NCBI GenBank assembly: GCA_945903645.1
Contig: CAMDOM010000005.1
Location: 30,493 to 94,492 of the forward strand
Direction of reading: 5' to 3'
From: Chryseobacterium gleum
Lineage (GTDB): Bacteria; Bacteroidota; Bacteroidia; UBA10329
Length of the DNA stretch: 64,000 nt
Under the pieces are notes generated by a model. The model made no database searches and was not told the origin of the DNA. It saw nothing but the letters and a program-made list of their open reading frames with translations. The translations under genes and the position numbers were made by a program. Position 1 is the first letter of the stretch. The number at the start of each line of letters is the position of its first letter. Of the stretch, positions 45,599 to 56,120 are shown piece by piece.

Positions 45599-46645
45599 TT
45601 AACGGTGTGCCCAGTTAAATGTGTCAAGTTCTTCCAAGCAGCGCTGCAACAAATCAATGCTTAGTTGTATGTCGCCTTTATCTGCCATTTCTATCACTTG
45701 GTGAATGTGTCGAGTTGGGATAGAAATTGCTCCAGCTATAGCTCCTCCAGCGGTCATGCGTTGTATGCCAGCTGTATCTGTGCCGCCACCCGTTAGCACT
45801 TCGGGCTGCCACGTAATCTTATGTTTGTTGGCAGTGTTCTTCATGTATTCCACCATGCGATAGTCGCAAACTGTAGACGAATCCATGATTTTGATGGCAA
45901 CACCTTTGCCCAATTCGGTAATCATTTCGTGCGCAGCGGCTCCAGGCACATCAAACGCAATGGTGGTATCAAGGCCAAATCCAAAGTCTGGTTGATGTTG
46001 CAAAGCGGAAACGTTTGCTCCGCGAATACCAATTTCTTCTTGCACAGTGAAAACTCCATACACGTCATAGGGCACAGCTTTTAGCGTGCGAAGTGCTTCA
46101 ATAAGAATGAACACAGAGATGCGGTTGTCTATGCTTTTGCAATTCACACAATTACCCATTTCTATCAACTTTCGCTCGCGGGTAACCACATCTCCCACCG
46201 AAATGATTTTGTCCACTTCTTCTTTCGACATGCCTAGGTCAATAAAGAAATCGGTCGTTTTTGGTGGTTTGGTGCGCTCTTCGGGCGTCATAACGTGAAT
46301 GGGTTTGCTGCCCATTACCCCGATTACATCTTTCTTACCATGCACAATTACGCGTTGTGCGGTAAGTGTTTTTGGGTCGAAGCCACCAAGAGTATGAAAC
46401 CGTAAAAATCCTTTATCGTCAATGTGCGTAACCATAAAGCTGATTTCGTCCATGTGGGCAGCAATCATCACTTTTTTGCGCTCGCGGCCTTTTTTTATAC
46501 CCGTCACATTGCCCATATTATCTATACTTACTTCATCTACAAGCGGTGTCACTTCGCGAATCACAATGTCACGGATTCGTTTTTCGTAGCCGGGAGCGCC
46601 TGCCACTTCGCAGATTTCGGCAAGCAACGCAATATTTAAAGCCAT
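45599..46645 (-). CDS. M42 family metallopeptidase (glutamyl aminopeptidase / FrvX-like).
   Basis: 348 aa with AHMDEISFMV, FTVQEEIGIRGA and GGGTDTAG patterns typical of M42. Confidence 0.8.
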   Translation of the reverse strand: MALNIALLAEICEVAGAPGYEKRIRDIVIREVTPLVDEVSIDNMGNVTGIKKGRERKKVMIAAHMDEISFMVTHIDDKGFLRFHTLGGFDPKTLTAQRVIVHGKKDVIGVMGSKPIHVMTPEERTKPPKTTDFFIDLGMSKEEVDKIISVGDVVTRERKLIEMGNCVNCKSIDNRISVFILIEALRTLKAVPYDVYGVFTVQEEIGIRGANVSALQHQPDFGFGLDTTIAFDVPGAAAHEMITELGKGVAIKIMDSSTVCDYRMVEYMKNTANKHKITWQPEVLTGGGTDTAGIQRMTAGGAIAGAISIPTRHIHQVIEMADKGDIQLSIDLLQRCLEELDTFNWAHR

Positions 46646-46741
46646 GTTTTTCTAGTGTAATAATGGAAGGTCAAATTTACAGGAATCTATCGAAGGTCAA
46701 AATCTGGTGTTCGGTTCTACAGCCGCAAAAGTGAAGGGTAA

Positions 46742-48169
46742 TTATTCCACATAACTCAATTTGAGCATGTTCGATGCGCCTTTGTCGGTAATTGGCATAC
46801 TGGCAATATTGATTACCAAATCGTCTTCTTTCACCATTCCTTCGGCTTTCAATCGGTTTTTAATGTCAGAGATGGTGTGGTCTGTGCTCACATAAGTATC
46901 GTAATAAAACCCTTTTACGCCCCAAACGAGGTTCAGTGTGTTGAGCATTGTGCGATTATCTGTAAAAACGAAGATATTGGTACGTGGCCGATAACTACTT
47001 ACGCGAAATGCGGTGTAACCAGAATTGGTCATAGTAATGATGGCAGCTGCGTTTATTTCCTTAGCTAATGTTACGGCATTGTGGCAAATGGCATCGCTAA
47101 TGGTGCGGTCGGGTCGACTGCTGGTGATAAGTGTGCGGAAATAAATATCCGAGAAATGTTCGGTGTGGTTAATTATGCTGCTCATGGCTTCCACCACTTT
47201 TGAAGGATGTGCGCCTACCGATGTTTCTCCGCTTAGCATAACGGCATCTGCTCCGTCCATCACCGAATTTGCCACATCATTCACCTCTGCACGCGATGGG
47301 CTTGGGTTGGTTATCATGCTTTCCATCATTTGTGTGGCAATGATGACAGGCGTGGCTTCAGCCAAGCATTTTTTCACAATCATCTTTTGAATGATGGGCA
47401 CTTCCTGCATGGGCACTTCTACTCCTAGGTCGCCACGCGCCACCATTATCGCATCGCTTTGGCGAATAATGTTGCTAATGTCTTTCACGGCTTCAGGCTT
47501 TTCTATTTTGGCAACCACTCGGGCAGTTTTGCCAGCTGCCGCAATGCGCTGCTTCAATTCTTGCACATCTTTTGCCTTGCGCACAAAGGATAGCCCTATC
47601 CATTCCACATTTTGAGTTAAAAGGAATTCTAAATCTTGGAGGTCTTTTTCGGTTAATGATGGAAGCGAAATGGCCGTGTTTGGGAGGTTTACTCCTTTGC
47701 GTGGTTCCATCATGCCGCCAAACTCTACAATGGCAGTTACGTTAGCGGTTTTATCCGTGCTTTTCACTCTAAGCACAAGTTTCCCATCGTTAATCAGAAT
47801 CTTTTCTCCCTCCGAAACATCTCCTGCAAAACTGGGGTAAGTGATATACACCCGTTTGTTATTGCCCAAGCATTTTTCGGTGGTAATGATGATTTCATCG
47901 CCTTTGCTGATTAGCACACCACCATTTTCCACATCGCCCAATCTGATTTTTGGGCCTTGCAAATCGGCCAAAATGCCCACATGTGTTCCCAATTTATCGT
48001 TCAAAGCGCGCACATGGGCAATCACCTCGGCATGGTCGGTATAACTGCCGTGCGAAAAATTGATTCGCGCTATGCACATTCCCGCCTCAATGAGGCTTTC
48101 TAGCTGGTCTTTGGACGAGGATGCAGGTCCAATGGTGCAGATAATTTTGGTACGATTGATAGGTGCCAT
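46742..48169 (-). CDS. pyk: Pyruvate kinase.
   Basis: TKIICTIGPAS, MVARGDLGVE and ATQMMESM motifs in a 475-aa product. Confidence 0.93.
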   Translation of the reverse strand: MAPINRTKIICTIGPASSSKDQLESLIEAGMCIARINFSHGSYTDHAEVIAHVRALNDKLGTHVGILADLQGPKIRLGDVENGGVLISKGDEIIITTEKCLGNNKRVYITYPSFAGDVSEGEKILINDGKLVLRVKSTDKTANVTAIVEFGGMMEPRKGVNLPNTAISLPSLTEKDLQDLEFLLTQNVEWIGLSFVRKAKDVQELKQRIAAAGKTARVVAKIEKPEAVKDISNIIRQSDAIMVARGDLGVEVPMQEVPIIQKMIVKKCLAEATPVIIATQMMESMITNPSPSRAEVNDVANSVMDGADAVMLSGETSVGAHPSKVVEAMSSIINHTEHFSDIYFRTLITSSRPDRTISDAICHNAVTLAKEINAAAIITMTNSGYTAFRVSSYRPRTNIFVFTDNRTMLNTLNLVWGVKGFYYDTYVSTDHTISDIKNRLKAEGMVKEDDLVINIASMPITDKGASNMLKLSYVE

Positions 48170-48175
48170 AGGCTA

Positions 48176-48646
48176 TTAAAATAGTAGTGGAGTAATGTTT
48201 TTAAGTGATGATGGGTCGCAGACGTATGCCAAATCGATGCCAGGCATGGAGTGCAATTCCTCACGTAATTCTTCCAATTCTTCGGGTTCAAAATTGCCTG
48301 TAAATTGAAGTAAATAATCCACTTTGGACAATTCAGGAATCAGTAAGATTATGGTTTCGGAACCAAACAAATCGCCTTCGCGGGCTAGTTCTTGCCGCAC
48401 TAAAGGGCTATTTCCCAGCAACATTACCTCGCGACAGGCCAAGTTGTCGTCCCACTGAAACCTCGCATACAATGGCATTTGCCCTTCTTGGGATTCGGCA
48501 TTCACATCGGGTTGGCGCCACAAATTAAACCGCAAGCCCGCATTTAGCAGCATTGCAATCTGATATTCTTTCAGTGTGCTGCAAATGCATATGAGCTGAA
48601 AATCTACCGGAGGGTTAAACTCTAGTTTATTTAACCGAATCACCAT
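48176..48646 (-). CDS. IPExxxVDY family protein (conserved Bacteroidota protein of unknown function).
   Basis: Contains LIPELSKVDYLL, which matches the IPExxxVDY signature. It lies 6 nt upstream of pyk on the same strand. Confidence 0.65.
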   Translation of the reverse strand: MVIRLNKLEFNPPVDFQLICICSTLKEYQIAMLLNAGLRFNLWRQPDVNAESQEGQMPLYARFQWDDNLACREVMLLGNSPLVRQELAREGDLFGSETIILLIPELSKVDYLLQFTGNFEPEELEELREELHSMPGIDLAYVCDPSSLKNITPLLF

Positions 48647-48756
48647 GCCTCAAATGTATGCAGCGGTTTGCGGGCAATGCAATGTTGATTTCGACCAAAT
48701 CGAACCAATTCCCAATTCCCAATCATCCCGTAACTTGGCCCCGCAATTCAATAGCA

Positions 48757-49320
48757 ATGGAAGAAGAATTAGACTTTATCTACGACAGCAGTAAAGAAGC
48801 CATGCAAAATGCACTAGACCGCATGGCCACCGAACTGCTTAAAGTGAGGGCTGGCAAAGCCAGTCCTGCCATGTTAGAATCGGTACGAGTAGATTATTAT
48901 GGCGCCCAAACCCCGCTAAAAAGTCTTGCCAACATCAACACGCCCGACCCAAAAACCATCACCATTCAACCCTTCGAAAAAGGGTTGATTCAAGAAATTG
49001 AAAAAGCCATAATGCGGGCCAATTTGGGGTTCAATCCGCAAAACGATGGAAAGTTGGTGCGCATTTCTATTCCGCCACTTACCGAAGAACGTAGACGCGA
49101 CTTGGTGAAACAAGCCAAAGCCATAGCCGAGCAAGCCAAGGTGAGCATTCGCAATGCCCGAAAGGACGCCAACGACAGTGTGAAAACACTTAAAAATGAT
49201 GGCCTGAGTGAAGATATTGCCAAGGCTGCCGAGGCCGAAGTGCAAGAGTACACAGCAGCTTACAGCACCAAGGTAGAAGCACTTCTTGCAGAAAAAGAAG
49301 TGGACATAATGACCATCTAA
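48757..49320 (+). CDS. frr: Ribosome recycling factor.
   Basis: I prefer the ATG at 48757. LLKVRAGKASPAMLESVRVDYYGAQTPL and a charged C-terminal helical region are typical. The product is ~187 aa. Confidence 0.92.
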   Translation: MEEELDFIYDSSKEAMQNALDRMATELLKVRAGKASPAMLESVRVDYYGAQTPLKSLANINTPDPKTITIQPFEKGLIQEIEKAIMRANLGFNPQNDGKLVRISIPPLTEERRRDLVKQAKAIAEQAKVSIRNARKDANDSVKTLKNDGLSEDIAKAAEAEVQEYTAAYSTKVEALLAEKEVDIMTI

Positions 49321-49339
49321 AATCAATCAGAATATCGCA

Positions 49340-49371
49340 AAAAGCCTCACGCTTCGGGTGGGGCTTTTTTT
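49340..49371 (+). terminator. Rho-independent terminator after frr.
   Basis: GCCTCAC / GTGGGGC form a stem with one G-T pair and loop GCTTCGG, followed by T7. Confidence 0.7.
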
Positions 49372-49387
49372 ATCTATACCCACCAGA

Positions 49388-51100
49388 ATGTTGCATCACA
49401 CGTGGAAAATTAGAGAAGTTGCCCACCCCGCGCTTGTGGCCAATCTGGCCACTGAGCTAAAGGTGCGCGAAGACATTGCCCAAATCTTGGTGTCGCGGGG
49501 TATTTTAGACTATGAAGCGGCTCGAAATTTCTTTCGCCCTTCGCTAGGAGCGCTGCATAATCCATTCTTAATGAAAGATATGGATAAGGCCGTAAACCGT
49601 CTTGAACGTGCCCTTGGCGAGGGCGAAAAAGTATTGGTATATGGCGACTATGATGTGGATGGAACCACTGCCGTTGCCCTAGTTTATGGGTTTTTGAAAG
49701 ACCTTGGGCAGTTTGATTACTACATTCCAGACCGCTATGCCGAAGGCTACGGGCTTAGTTCACAAGGTATTGATTTTGCGGCAGCGTATGGATTTTCGCT
49801 CATCATAACGCTGGATTGTGGCATTCGTGCCGTAGACAAAATAGCGTACGCCACAAGCAAAGGCATTGATATTATTATCTGCGACCACCACATTCCAGGA
49901 ACCGAACTTCCCCAAGCCGTTGCCATTTTAGACCCTAAGCAAAACGGATGCGATTATCCTTACAAAGAGCTGTGCGGTTGCGGAGTTGGCTTCAAATTCA
50001 TGCAGGCATTTTGCCAAAAGAGCAATATGGATTTAACGCCACTGTTTGCCCATTTCGACCTATTAGCTATCAGCATTGCTGCAGATATTGTGCCCATAAC
50101 GGGTGAAAATCGCATTCTTGCTGCCTTTGGTATGGAGCGCATCAACAGCCAACCATGCATAGGTATTCGCACTCTGCTCGAAAATGCCAAGGTGAAACAT
50201 GAGTTGTCTATTACCGATGCAGTATTCATCATTGGCCCGCGTATCAATGCTGCTGGTCGCATCGCTTCGGGCAAGAAAGCGGTGGAACTACTCCTATCAG
50301 ACAATGCCCAAGAAGCGGCAGCCTTTGCGGAGGAAATTGCCAGATTCAACACTACGCGTAGAGAATTGGATAAGGATGTGACGGTGGATGCCTTGGAAAT
50401 AATTGCTAAGGATAGTTTTTACAGCACCAGTCGAAGCACTGTCGTCTATTGCGACAATTGGCATAAAGGCGTGGTAGGCATCGTGGCCTCTCGCCTGATT
50501 GACCATTTTTATAAGCCAACAATAGTTCTAGCGCAGGCTGATGGCATGGCTACGGGCTCTGCGCGGTCCATTGCTGGGTTTGATGTGCATGAGGCCATTT
50601 GCGAATGTGCCGATTTGCTCGAGCGGTTTGGAGGCCATACCCATGCAGCTGGGCTTAGCCTTAAGGTGGAAAATGTAGATGCCTTTCGCACCCGATTTGA
50701 AGCCATAGCCGCTGCCCGAATAACGGAGGATATGACCATCCCAATTTTGCACATAGATGCCGAAATTGACTTGGATCGCATCAAACAACCCTTTGTTAAT
50801 CTGCTAAAACAGTTTGGACCATTTGGCCCAGGCAATATGAGTCCAGTATTTGTGTCGCGAGGGCTTCGTGCTTCGGATGTTTGTTTGGTGGGCAGCGACA
50901 AATCCCACTTGCGTTTCAAGGTCTATCAACAGGGAAAAACCACGGTTCCAATGCCCGCTATTGCCTTCAAATTGGGCCACCTTTTTCGTGAAATAAACGA
51001 TTCGGAGCTATTTGACATGGTATATTGCATCGAAGAAAACCACTGGAAAAACAAGGTGACTTTGCAATTGCAGGTAAAGGATATTCGGGTAGTAGGGTAG
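49388..51100 (+). CDS. recJ: Single-stranded-DNA-specific exonuclease RecJ.
   Basis: I prefer the ATG at 49388, because the track start at 49358 lies inside the frr terminator. DHH family motifs are GDYDVDGTT, DCG and CDHH, with the DHHA1 segment GGHTHAAG. Confidence 0.9.
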   Translation: MLHHTWKIREVAHPALVANLATELKVREDIAQILVSRGILDYEAARNFFRPSLGALHNPFLMKDMDKAVNRLERALGEGEKVLVYGDYDVDGTTAVALVYGFLKDLGQFDYYIPDRYAEGYGLSSQGIDFAAAYGFSLIITLDCGIRAVDKIAYATSKGIDIIICDHHIPGTELPQAVAILDPKQNGCDYPYKELCGCGVGFKFMQAFCQKSNMDLTPLFAHFDLLAISIAADIVPITGENRILAAFGMERINSQPCIGIRTLLENAKVKHELSITDAVFIIGPRINAAGRIASGKKAVELLLSDNAQEAAAFAEEIARFNTTRRELDKDVTVDALEIIAKDSFYSTSRSTVVYCDNWHKGVVGIVASRLIDHFYKPTIVLAQADGMATGSARSIAGFDVHEAICECADLLERFGGHTHAAGLSLKVENVDAFRTRFEAIAAARITEDMTIPILHIDAEIDLDRIKQPFVNLLKQFGPFGPGNMSPVFVSRGLRASDVCLVGSDKSHLRFKVYQQGKTTVPMPAIAFKLGHLFREINDSELFDMVYCIEENHWKNKVTLQLQVKDIRVVG

Positions 51101-51115
51101 GGAATAGCTGCGGTA

Positions 51116-52156
51116 TTAAGCGCTGCGCATCAGTACAAATCCATGCTGCTTGCCTTGGTAATGATTGTAGATAAGTACGGTGCGCAATGTCATTTTTAGC
51201 GGACTTAGCACAGACATGGCATGCGCTTGTTTTCCCGAAAGTAAATGCGCTGCATACCAACACGCAAATGCACTAGCCGATGGCGATTCCCCAAACAAGT
51301 TTTTGAACGTTATCGTTGCCGTATTCTGAAATAGCTGGGTTGTAAACTCTCCGTACCAAGAATCGGAATTCATATCTCCTGAATAGCCCAGCATCACAGC
51401 ATCTACATCCGATACGGTGAGGCCATTTTTCGCCAGAAGTGCGGTGGCTTTTGTGGTTAACTCCTCATGTGTTGGGAAAGAAATCATATCCCAATCAACT
51501 ATTTCAGCAATGGCATTTTCAGGCAATTGGTCGAGCACAAACATTGCTGCCCCTTCGCCATTCACCGCGCCAGCTGTGTTAGACTTGAAAAGAATATCTG
51601 CGGTGACTTCATCTTTCTTAATAAAACCTGCTACGGTTTCGATACGGTATTGTGCGAGCGAAATTTCTTCCACATTACCTACCAACAGGCGTTTAGCTGC
51701 ACCTTCTTGCAGCAGTAGCCAAGCATCCATCAGGCCATTTTCAAATGACAACCCTTTGTTGGCATGGGTGTTATTGTAGCCAGAGTTTTTAGCCATCAAT
51801 GCCAGTCCGCCAGCCACTGCGCTGGGACTTCCTTGAACAAAACCAGTTGGGGTTAGCGTGCCTTCGTTGTATTCAATCATTTGATTTAGAAACCGATGGC
51901 AGTCTTCCATGCCGCCATCTGTAGTGCCAATGATTATGCCGTCCACTTCCCATTTGGTGAGCAAAGGCATGGCTGCACCCGTAGCCAAACGCACCGATTT
52001 GCCCATTCTGCGCAACAACCCATTGGGGATAGTGCAAGCATAGCTTGGTTCAACTGCCCAGTATTGCGAACCTTTATGAACAATGACATCTTGCTCAAAA
52101 AAAGCCCCTTCGAACGTGAGCTGAGGCGATATGCACGCGAGGTCTTTGATGAACAT
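51116..52156 (-). CDS. Beta-ketoacyl synthase-like protein lacking the active-site Cys (chain-length-factor-like partner).
   Basis: Thiolase-fold-like sequence of ~346 aa. The nucleophile elbow reads GSPSAVAGG instead of TACSS. I prefer the ATG at 52156, 2 nt after the stop of the upstream ketosynthase. Confidence 0.65.
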   Translation of the reverse strand: MFIKDLACISPQLTFEGAFFEQDVIVHKGSQYWAVEPSYACTIPNGLLRRMGKSVRLATGAAMPLLTKWEVDGIIIGTTDGGMEDCHRFLNQMIEYNEGTLTPTGFVQGSPSAVAGGLALMAKNSGYNNTHANKGLSFENGLMDAWLLLQEGAAKRLLVGNVEEISLAQYRIETVAGFIKKDEVTADILFKSNTAGAVNGEGAAMFVLDQLPENAIAEIVDWDMISFPTHEELTTKATALLAKNGLTVSDVDAVMLGYSGDMNSDSWYGEFTTQLFQNTATITFKNLFGESPSASAFACWYAAHLLSGKQAHAMSVLSPLKMTLRTVLIYNHYQGKQHGFVLMRSA

Positions 52157-52158
52157 AC

Positions 52159-53352
52159 CTAGACCTTGGAAAAAATCAAAGAAGAACAATTGCCGCCAAA
52201 CCCAAACGAGTTGCTCAAAACGTGATTTACCGCCTCATTTTGCATATAAACGGTTTGTGGTGAACTATGAAAGCCTGTGATTGGCGTTTTGAAATTTAGG
52301 CTGGGATAAATTTCGTTGTTGAAAATGCTCAGTAAACTATAGACTGCTTCAATTGCTCCAGACGCTGCTAAAGTGTGCCCAGTATAGGATTTGGTAGAAA
52401 TATAGGGAGGGATTTTATCGAATATCTTGGTAAAACCAAGCAGTTCGGTGTAATCATTATTCTGAGTGCCAGTGCCGTGGGCGTTTATGTGGCTAATGGC
52501 TTCGGGCAGAAGGCCAGCCGTGCGAAGTGCTCCGTTAATTGCTCCCCGAACCCCAACAGCATCGGGCGACATGGAAGATGGATGATAGGCATCGTTGGCG
52601 TTGCCATATCCGCTCACTTCACCAAATATGGATTTACCGTGCGCATCTTCCTCGCGTTCTAAAACGAGATAAGCAGCGCCCTCGCCCAAGTTTAGCCCTT
52701 TGCGCGCTTCATCAAAAGGACTTGTCATTTCGTCCGAGAAGATTTGGAGAGCATTGAATCCGTTTACGGTGTATTTCGCCAAGCTATCTACGCCACCAAC
52801 AATTGCCCGTTTAGCCCGACCCGATTTTATCAATCGCGCTCCGAGCATAATCGCATTGGCCGATGATGAACATGCGGTATTTATAGTGTCGGTGTATCCT
52901 TTTAAGCCATAAAGCTTCGCAATGGAAAGGGTGTGTGAACCGCTGCGATACGAATTCACGAATTCGGATGGAAGTTTATTCGTGTTTGCATCACCATAAA
53001 TGGCTTTGGTTTCCACCATTCCGCCCACCGTGGTGGCGGATATAAATGTAGTATCACAGGACGATACTTGAGAGGGTGTAATTTTAGAGCTACTAACAGC
53101 TTCATCAAAAGCAATAATTGCTAAAAGTTCGGTTCTGGTAAGGCCAGTTTTGGATTCAAAAAGGATCCGGTCTCTCAACTCCGCGTTGCTGTAGGCCACC
53201 TCGCCAAACAGAAATGTGTCGGTAAACACCGAGTCTAAATGCTTCGCCTTACGAATGCCTGTCTGTCCAGCACGAAGATTTTTGTGATTCTGCTCGAGAT
53301 TGTTGCCAATCGCGGAGATTACTCCCATACCGGTGACTACAACCCGCGTCAT
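52159..53352 (-). CDS. Beta-ketoacyl-ACP synthase, KAS I/II (FabF-like) family.
   Basis: VVVTGMGVISAIG is followed by the catalytic Cys in INTACSSSANAI and the two His in NAHGTGTQ and GHTLAASG. The product is 397 aa. Confidence 0.85.
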   Translation of the reverse strand: MTRVVVTGMGVISAIGNNLEQNHKNLRAGQTGIRKAKHLDSVFTDTFLFGEVAYSNAELRDRILFESKTGLTRTELLAIIAFDEAVSSSKITPSQVSSCDTTFISATTVGGMVETKAIYGDANTNKLPSEFVNSYRSGSHTLSIAKLYGLKGYTDTINTACSSSANAIMLGARLIKSGRAKRAIVGGVDSLAKYTVNGFNALQIFSDEMTSPFDEARKGLNLGEGAAYLVLEREEDAHGKSIFGEVSGYGNANDAYHPSSMSPDAVGVRGAINGALRTAGLLPEAISHINAHGTGTQNNDYTELLGFTKIFDKIPPYISTKSYTGHTLAASGAIEAVYSLLSIFNNEIYPSLNFKTPITGFHSSPQTVYMQNEAVNHVLSNSFGFGGNCSSLIFSKV

Positions 53353-53357
53353 CTCAC

Positions 53358-53624
53358 CTACGCAGTTGGGTTATTGGCCAAAATATAGGCAGCCATGCTG
53401 TTCACGTCATACAGGATTTTTCGTCCTTCAGCGGGGTCGGTTATCTTGATGCCATATTCGCGTTCCATAAGGACCGATAGCTCCAATGCATCAATCGAAT
53501 CTAAACCCAAAGTTTCTCCAAAAAGGGGTTCTTCGTCAGCAATGCTTTCTGGTTTCATATCCAATAGATTGAGATATTGAATAATTTGTTCTTTCAACTT
53601 AGCCTTAAGTGCTGTTTCTTCCAT
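53358..53624 (-). CDS. Acyl carrier protein (phosphopantetheine-binding, not the housekeeping AcpP type).
   Basis: I prefer the ATG at 53624 (88 aa). The Ser attachment motif is LGLDSIDALEL. The gene lies 5 nt upstream of the ketosynthase. Confidence 0.75.
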   Translation of the reverse strand: MEETALKAKLKEQIIQYLNLLDMKPESIADEEPLFGETLGLDSIDALELSVLMEREYGIKITDPAEGRKILYDVNSMAAYILANNPTA

Positions 53625-53738
53625 AATAGGTGTAATATCTCCGCCAAAGCGGGTCAGCAAAGTAACTCAGAAATGTGTGAAATGTTTTGGAAAAGTAGTG
53701 TTATATAGAAAAATGCGACTTCCTACGCAGTACGAAAT

Positions 53739-55130
53739 TTAGCTGTAGCCAAGGGTTTTTAGCATTCCATCGGGTCCTTGCTCTTCGCAAAAGAGTTCGG
53801 TGGTTATGTTTCCTTCTTTGTCTTTATCAATGGTAATTTGCCTTGGGGATGGAATAAGGCAATGTTGAATACCTCCATAACCGCCCAGTGCGTTTTGATA
53901 GGCCCCCGTGTTGAAAAAACCAATATATAAAGGTTCTGCCCTCCTAAATTCTGGCAGGTAAATGTTGTTTACGTGAGCCTCTACGTTGTAATAATCTTGG
54001 CTATCGCAGGTAAGCCCACCAAGATTTACGCGTTCAAAAGCGCTATCCCACCTATTGACCGCCAACATTATAAACCGCTGATTGATGGCCCAAGTGTCGG
54101 GCAGTGTAGTAATGAACGAACTATCAATCATGTTCCACCATTCCACATCGTTTTGTTGTTTTTGATCGATAATGGAATACAATGCAGCACCACTATCGGC
54201 CACCGTATAACTGCCAAATTCTGAAAAGATATTGGGAACAGGCACGCGCTCTTTGTCGCAAAACTCTTTCACTTGTCGTACTATTTCATCGGCCAGATAC
54301 TGGTAGTCAAATTCTTCTGCAAGCGAATGTTTTACGGGAAATCCACCACCAATATTTAGCGAATCGAGTGTTGGACATTTCTTGCGGAGTTCGCAGTACA
54401 CGGCAAGGCATTTTTGCAATTCATTCCAGTAATACAAGCTGTCTTCAATGCCATTATCAATGAAGAAATGGAGCATTTTAAGATTGAAGAGCTTCTGTTT
54501 CTTAATGACCTGCGTGTAGTAGTCTACAATTTCGCGGTGACGAATTCCCAGACGGGCAGTGTAATAGTTGGATTGCGGCTCTTCACCAGTTGCAATTCGG
54601 ATACCGATGTTGCACTTCTTTTTCACCAATGGAATGAAATAATCCAGTTCGTTCAAGTTGTCTAAAACTGGAAGGCTATTGAATCCATCATTGATAAGCT
54701 CTGCTATCAATTTTACATACAACTCTCGTTTGTAGCCGTTGTGAACAATGAAGGTGTCCTTGTTCACTTTGCCTTTTTCATAAAGATTTCGAACAATATG
54801 AATATCGAAAGATGAGGACGTTTCTAAATGGATGTCATTCTTCAACGCTTCATTCAAAACATACGAGAAATGCGAACTTTTGGTACAATAGCAATACGTG
54901 TAGCTGCCTTCGTAATGCACTTTTTTCATCGCCTTAGAGAAGAACTTTTTCGCATTTCGGATACGCTCAGATATTACAGGCAGATACGTCAGTTTAAGCG
55001 GGGTTCCGTATTGCTTCACAATCGACATCAAGTCGATGCCATGGAAGAAGAGATTATTCTCTTTCACCTCAAATCCTTCCTGTGGGAAGACAAAGGTTTG
55101 GTCTATGAGGTTGTAATAGTTGTTCTCCAA
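53739..55130 (-). CDS. Type III (alanine-racemase fold) PLP-dependent basic amino acid decarboxylase, arginine/ornithine decarboxylase-like.
   Basis: 463 aa. YGTPLKLTYLP, CYCTKSSH (Lys context), LNIGGGFP and GAYQ patterns resemble the short Flavobacteriia arginine decarboxylase type as I recall it. Substrate cannot be assigned from sequence alone. Confidence 0.65.
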   Translation of the reverse strand: MENNYYNLIDQTFVFPQEGFEVKENNLFFHGIDLMSIVKQYGTPLKLTYLPVISERIRNAKKFFSKAMKKVHYEGSYTYCYCTKSSHFSYVLNEALKNDIHLETSSSFDIHIVRNLYEKGKVNKDTFIVHNGYKRELYVKLIAELINDGFNSLPVLDNLNELDYFIPLVKKKCNIGIRIATGEEPQSNYYTARLGIRHREIVDYYTQVIKKQKLFNLKMLHFFIDNGIEDSLYYWNELQKCLAVYCELRKKCPTLDSLNIGGGFPVKHSLAEEFDYQYLADEIVRQVKEFCDKERVPVPNIFSEFGSYTVADSGAALYSIIDQKQQNDVEWWNMIDSSFITTLPDTWAINQRFIMLAVNRWDSAFERVNLGGLTCDSQDYYNVEAHVNNIYLPEFRRAEPLYIGFFNTGAYQNALGGYGGIQHCLIPSPRQITIDKDKEGNITTELFCEEQGPDGMLKTLGYS

Positions 55131-55174
55131 TTTTTGGCGCTGCTATTTGGTGGTAAAGGTTTAAGGAGTAAAAA

Positions 55175-56110
55175 TCAATGTATGCTTGGTAAAAAAATCT
55201 CGGCCATCATGCAACGGGCACTGCCGCCACCGTATGTTTCGATGGTGCGAATGTCGGAATGAACAATGGTACAAAACGATTGGATTTCATTAATTTGGTG
55301 CAATGTTAAAGCATCGTATGCGCGCGAACTCATCACCATAAGATGTTCGCCATTTTTGCTTTCAACTTCAAGCATATTTCCAGCAAAATCGTGCTTTTGT
55401 TCTTCTGAAATGAGGACAATATGTTTGCCTGTGGCAGATAAAGAAGCGAGCAAAGCCTCCCGTTCATCAAAATTTTTCACGCAATCGGCACATAGAATGG
55501 CCAATTTGCTGCCAACGCTCATCATCACATTGGTGTGATAAATCGGAAGCAATTCACCATTCACGTTTTGTAATGCATCAAACGTGATGGTCTTATACCC
55601 AATTTGTGCAGCCCAAAGTGCCAGCACATCAGGATTCGTGCGCAGCGATAGACAGGCATAAGCAATGCGATGTTCTCTGTCCAAAACAATGCTTCCCGTT
55701 CCCTCCAAGTAGCGACCATCTTGTTCCGAATCGGTCATGTCTACCACTTGAGTAATCCGAAAATCAGAAACCCTAAGCATATCGAGGATGTCCATTCGTC
55801 TTTCGTGCCTTCGGTTTGGGGCAAACATTGGGTAGAGAAAAATGCTGCCGTCTTCGTGAAAGGAAATCCAATTGTTCGGAAATATGGAATCGGGAGTAAC
55901 AGGCATAAGCGTATCGTCTTCCACCAGCACATCCACACCTGCTGCAATAAGTTTGGCTACAAAAGAGTCGAACTCAGCCCGCGCTTTGGCTTGAATGTCT
56001 TCGGCCTGAGAGGCATCTGCTGCAGTTTGGTAATAGTTGTTTTCGGCCGTTTGAGCGTTATAGTTGAACGCCACTGGCCGAATCATTAAAATGTGAGAAG
56101 TAGTTTGCAA
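55175..56110 (-). CDS. Guanidino-group-modifying enzyme superfamily protein, CtlX-like (citrulline utilisation hydrolase / arginine deiminase-related).
   Basis: 311 aa with a C-terminal catalytic Cys context, GGGSARCMMAEIFL. The N-terminus ILMIRPVAFNYN is typical of this subgroup. Confidence 0.6.
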   Translation of the reverse strand: MQTTSHILMIRPVAFNYNAQTAENNYYQTAADASQAEDIQAKARAEFDSFVAKLIAAGVDVLVEDDTLMPVTPDSIFPNNWISFHEDGSIFLYPMFAPNRRHERRMDILDMLRVSDFRITQVVDMTDSEQDGRYLEGTGSIVLDREHRIAYACLSLRTNPDVLALWAAQIGYKTITFDALQNVNGELLPIYHTNVMMSVGSKLAILCADCVKNFDEREALLASLSATGKHIVLISEEQKHDFAGNMLEVESKNGEHLMVMSSRAYDALTLHQINEIQSFCTIVHSDIRTIETYGGGSARCMMAEIFLPSIH

Positions 56111-56120
56111 GGAGGTCGTA

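Noticed and set aside
52159-53624. Interpreting the ACP plus KS as the housekeeping acpP-fabF pair.
   Set aside because: The ACP sequence differs from the highly conserved AcpP pattern I know (it is longer and has an LGLDSID context). The KS is followed at 2 nt by a Cys-less KS-like gene rather than by typical housekeeping neighbours. The alternative cannot be fully excluded without searches.
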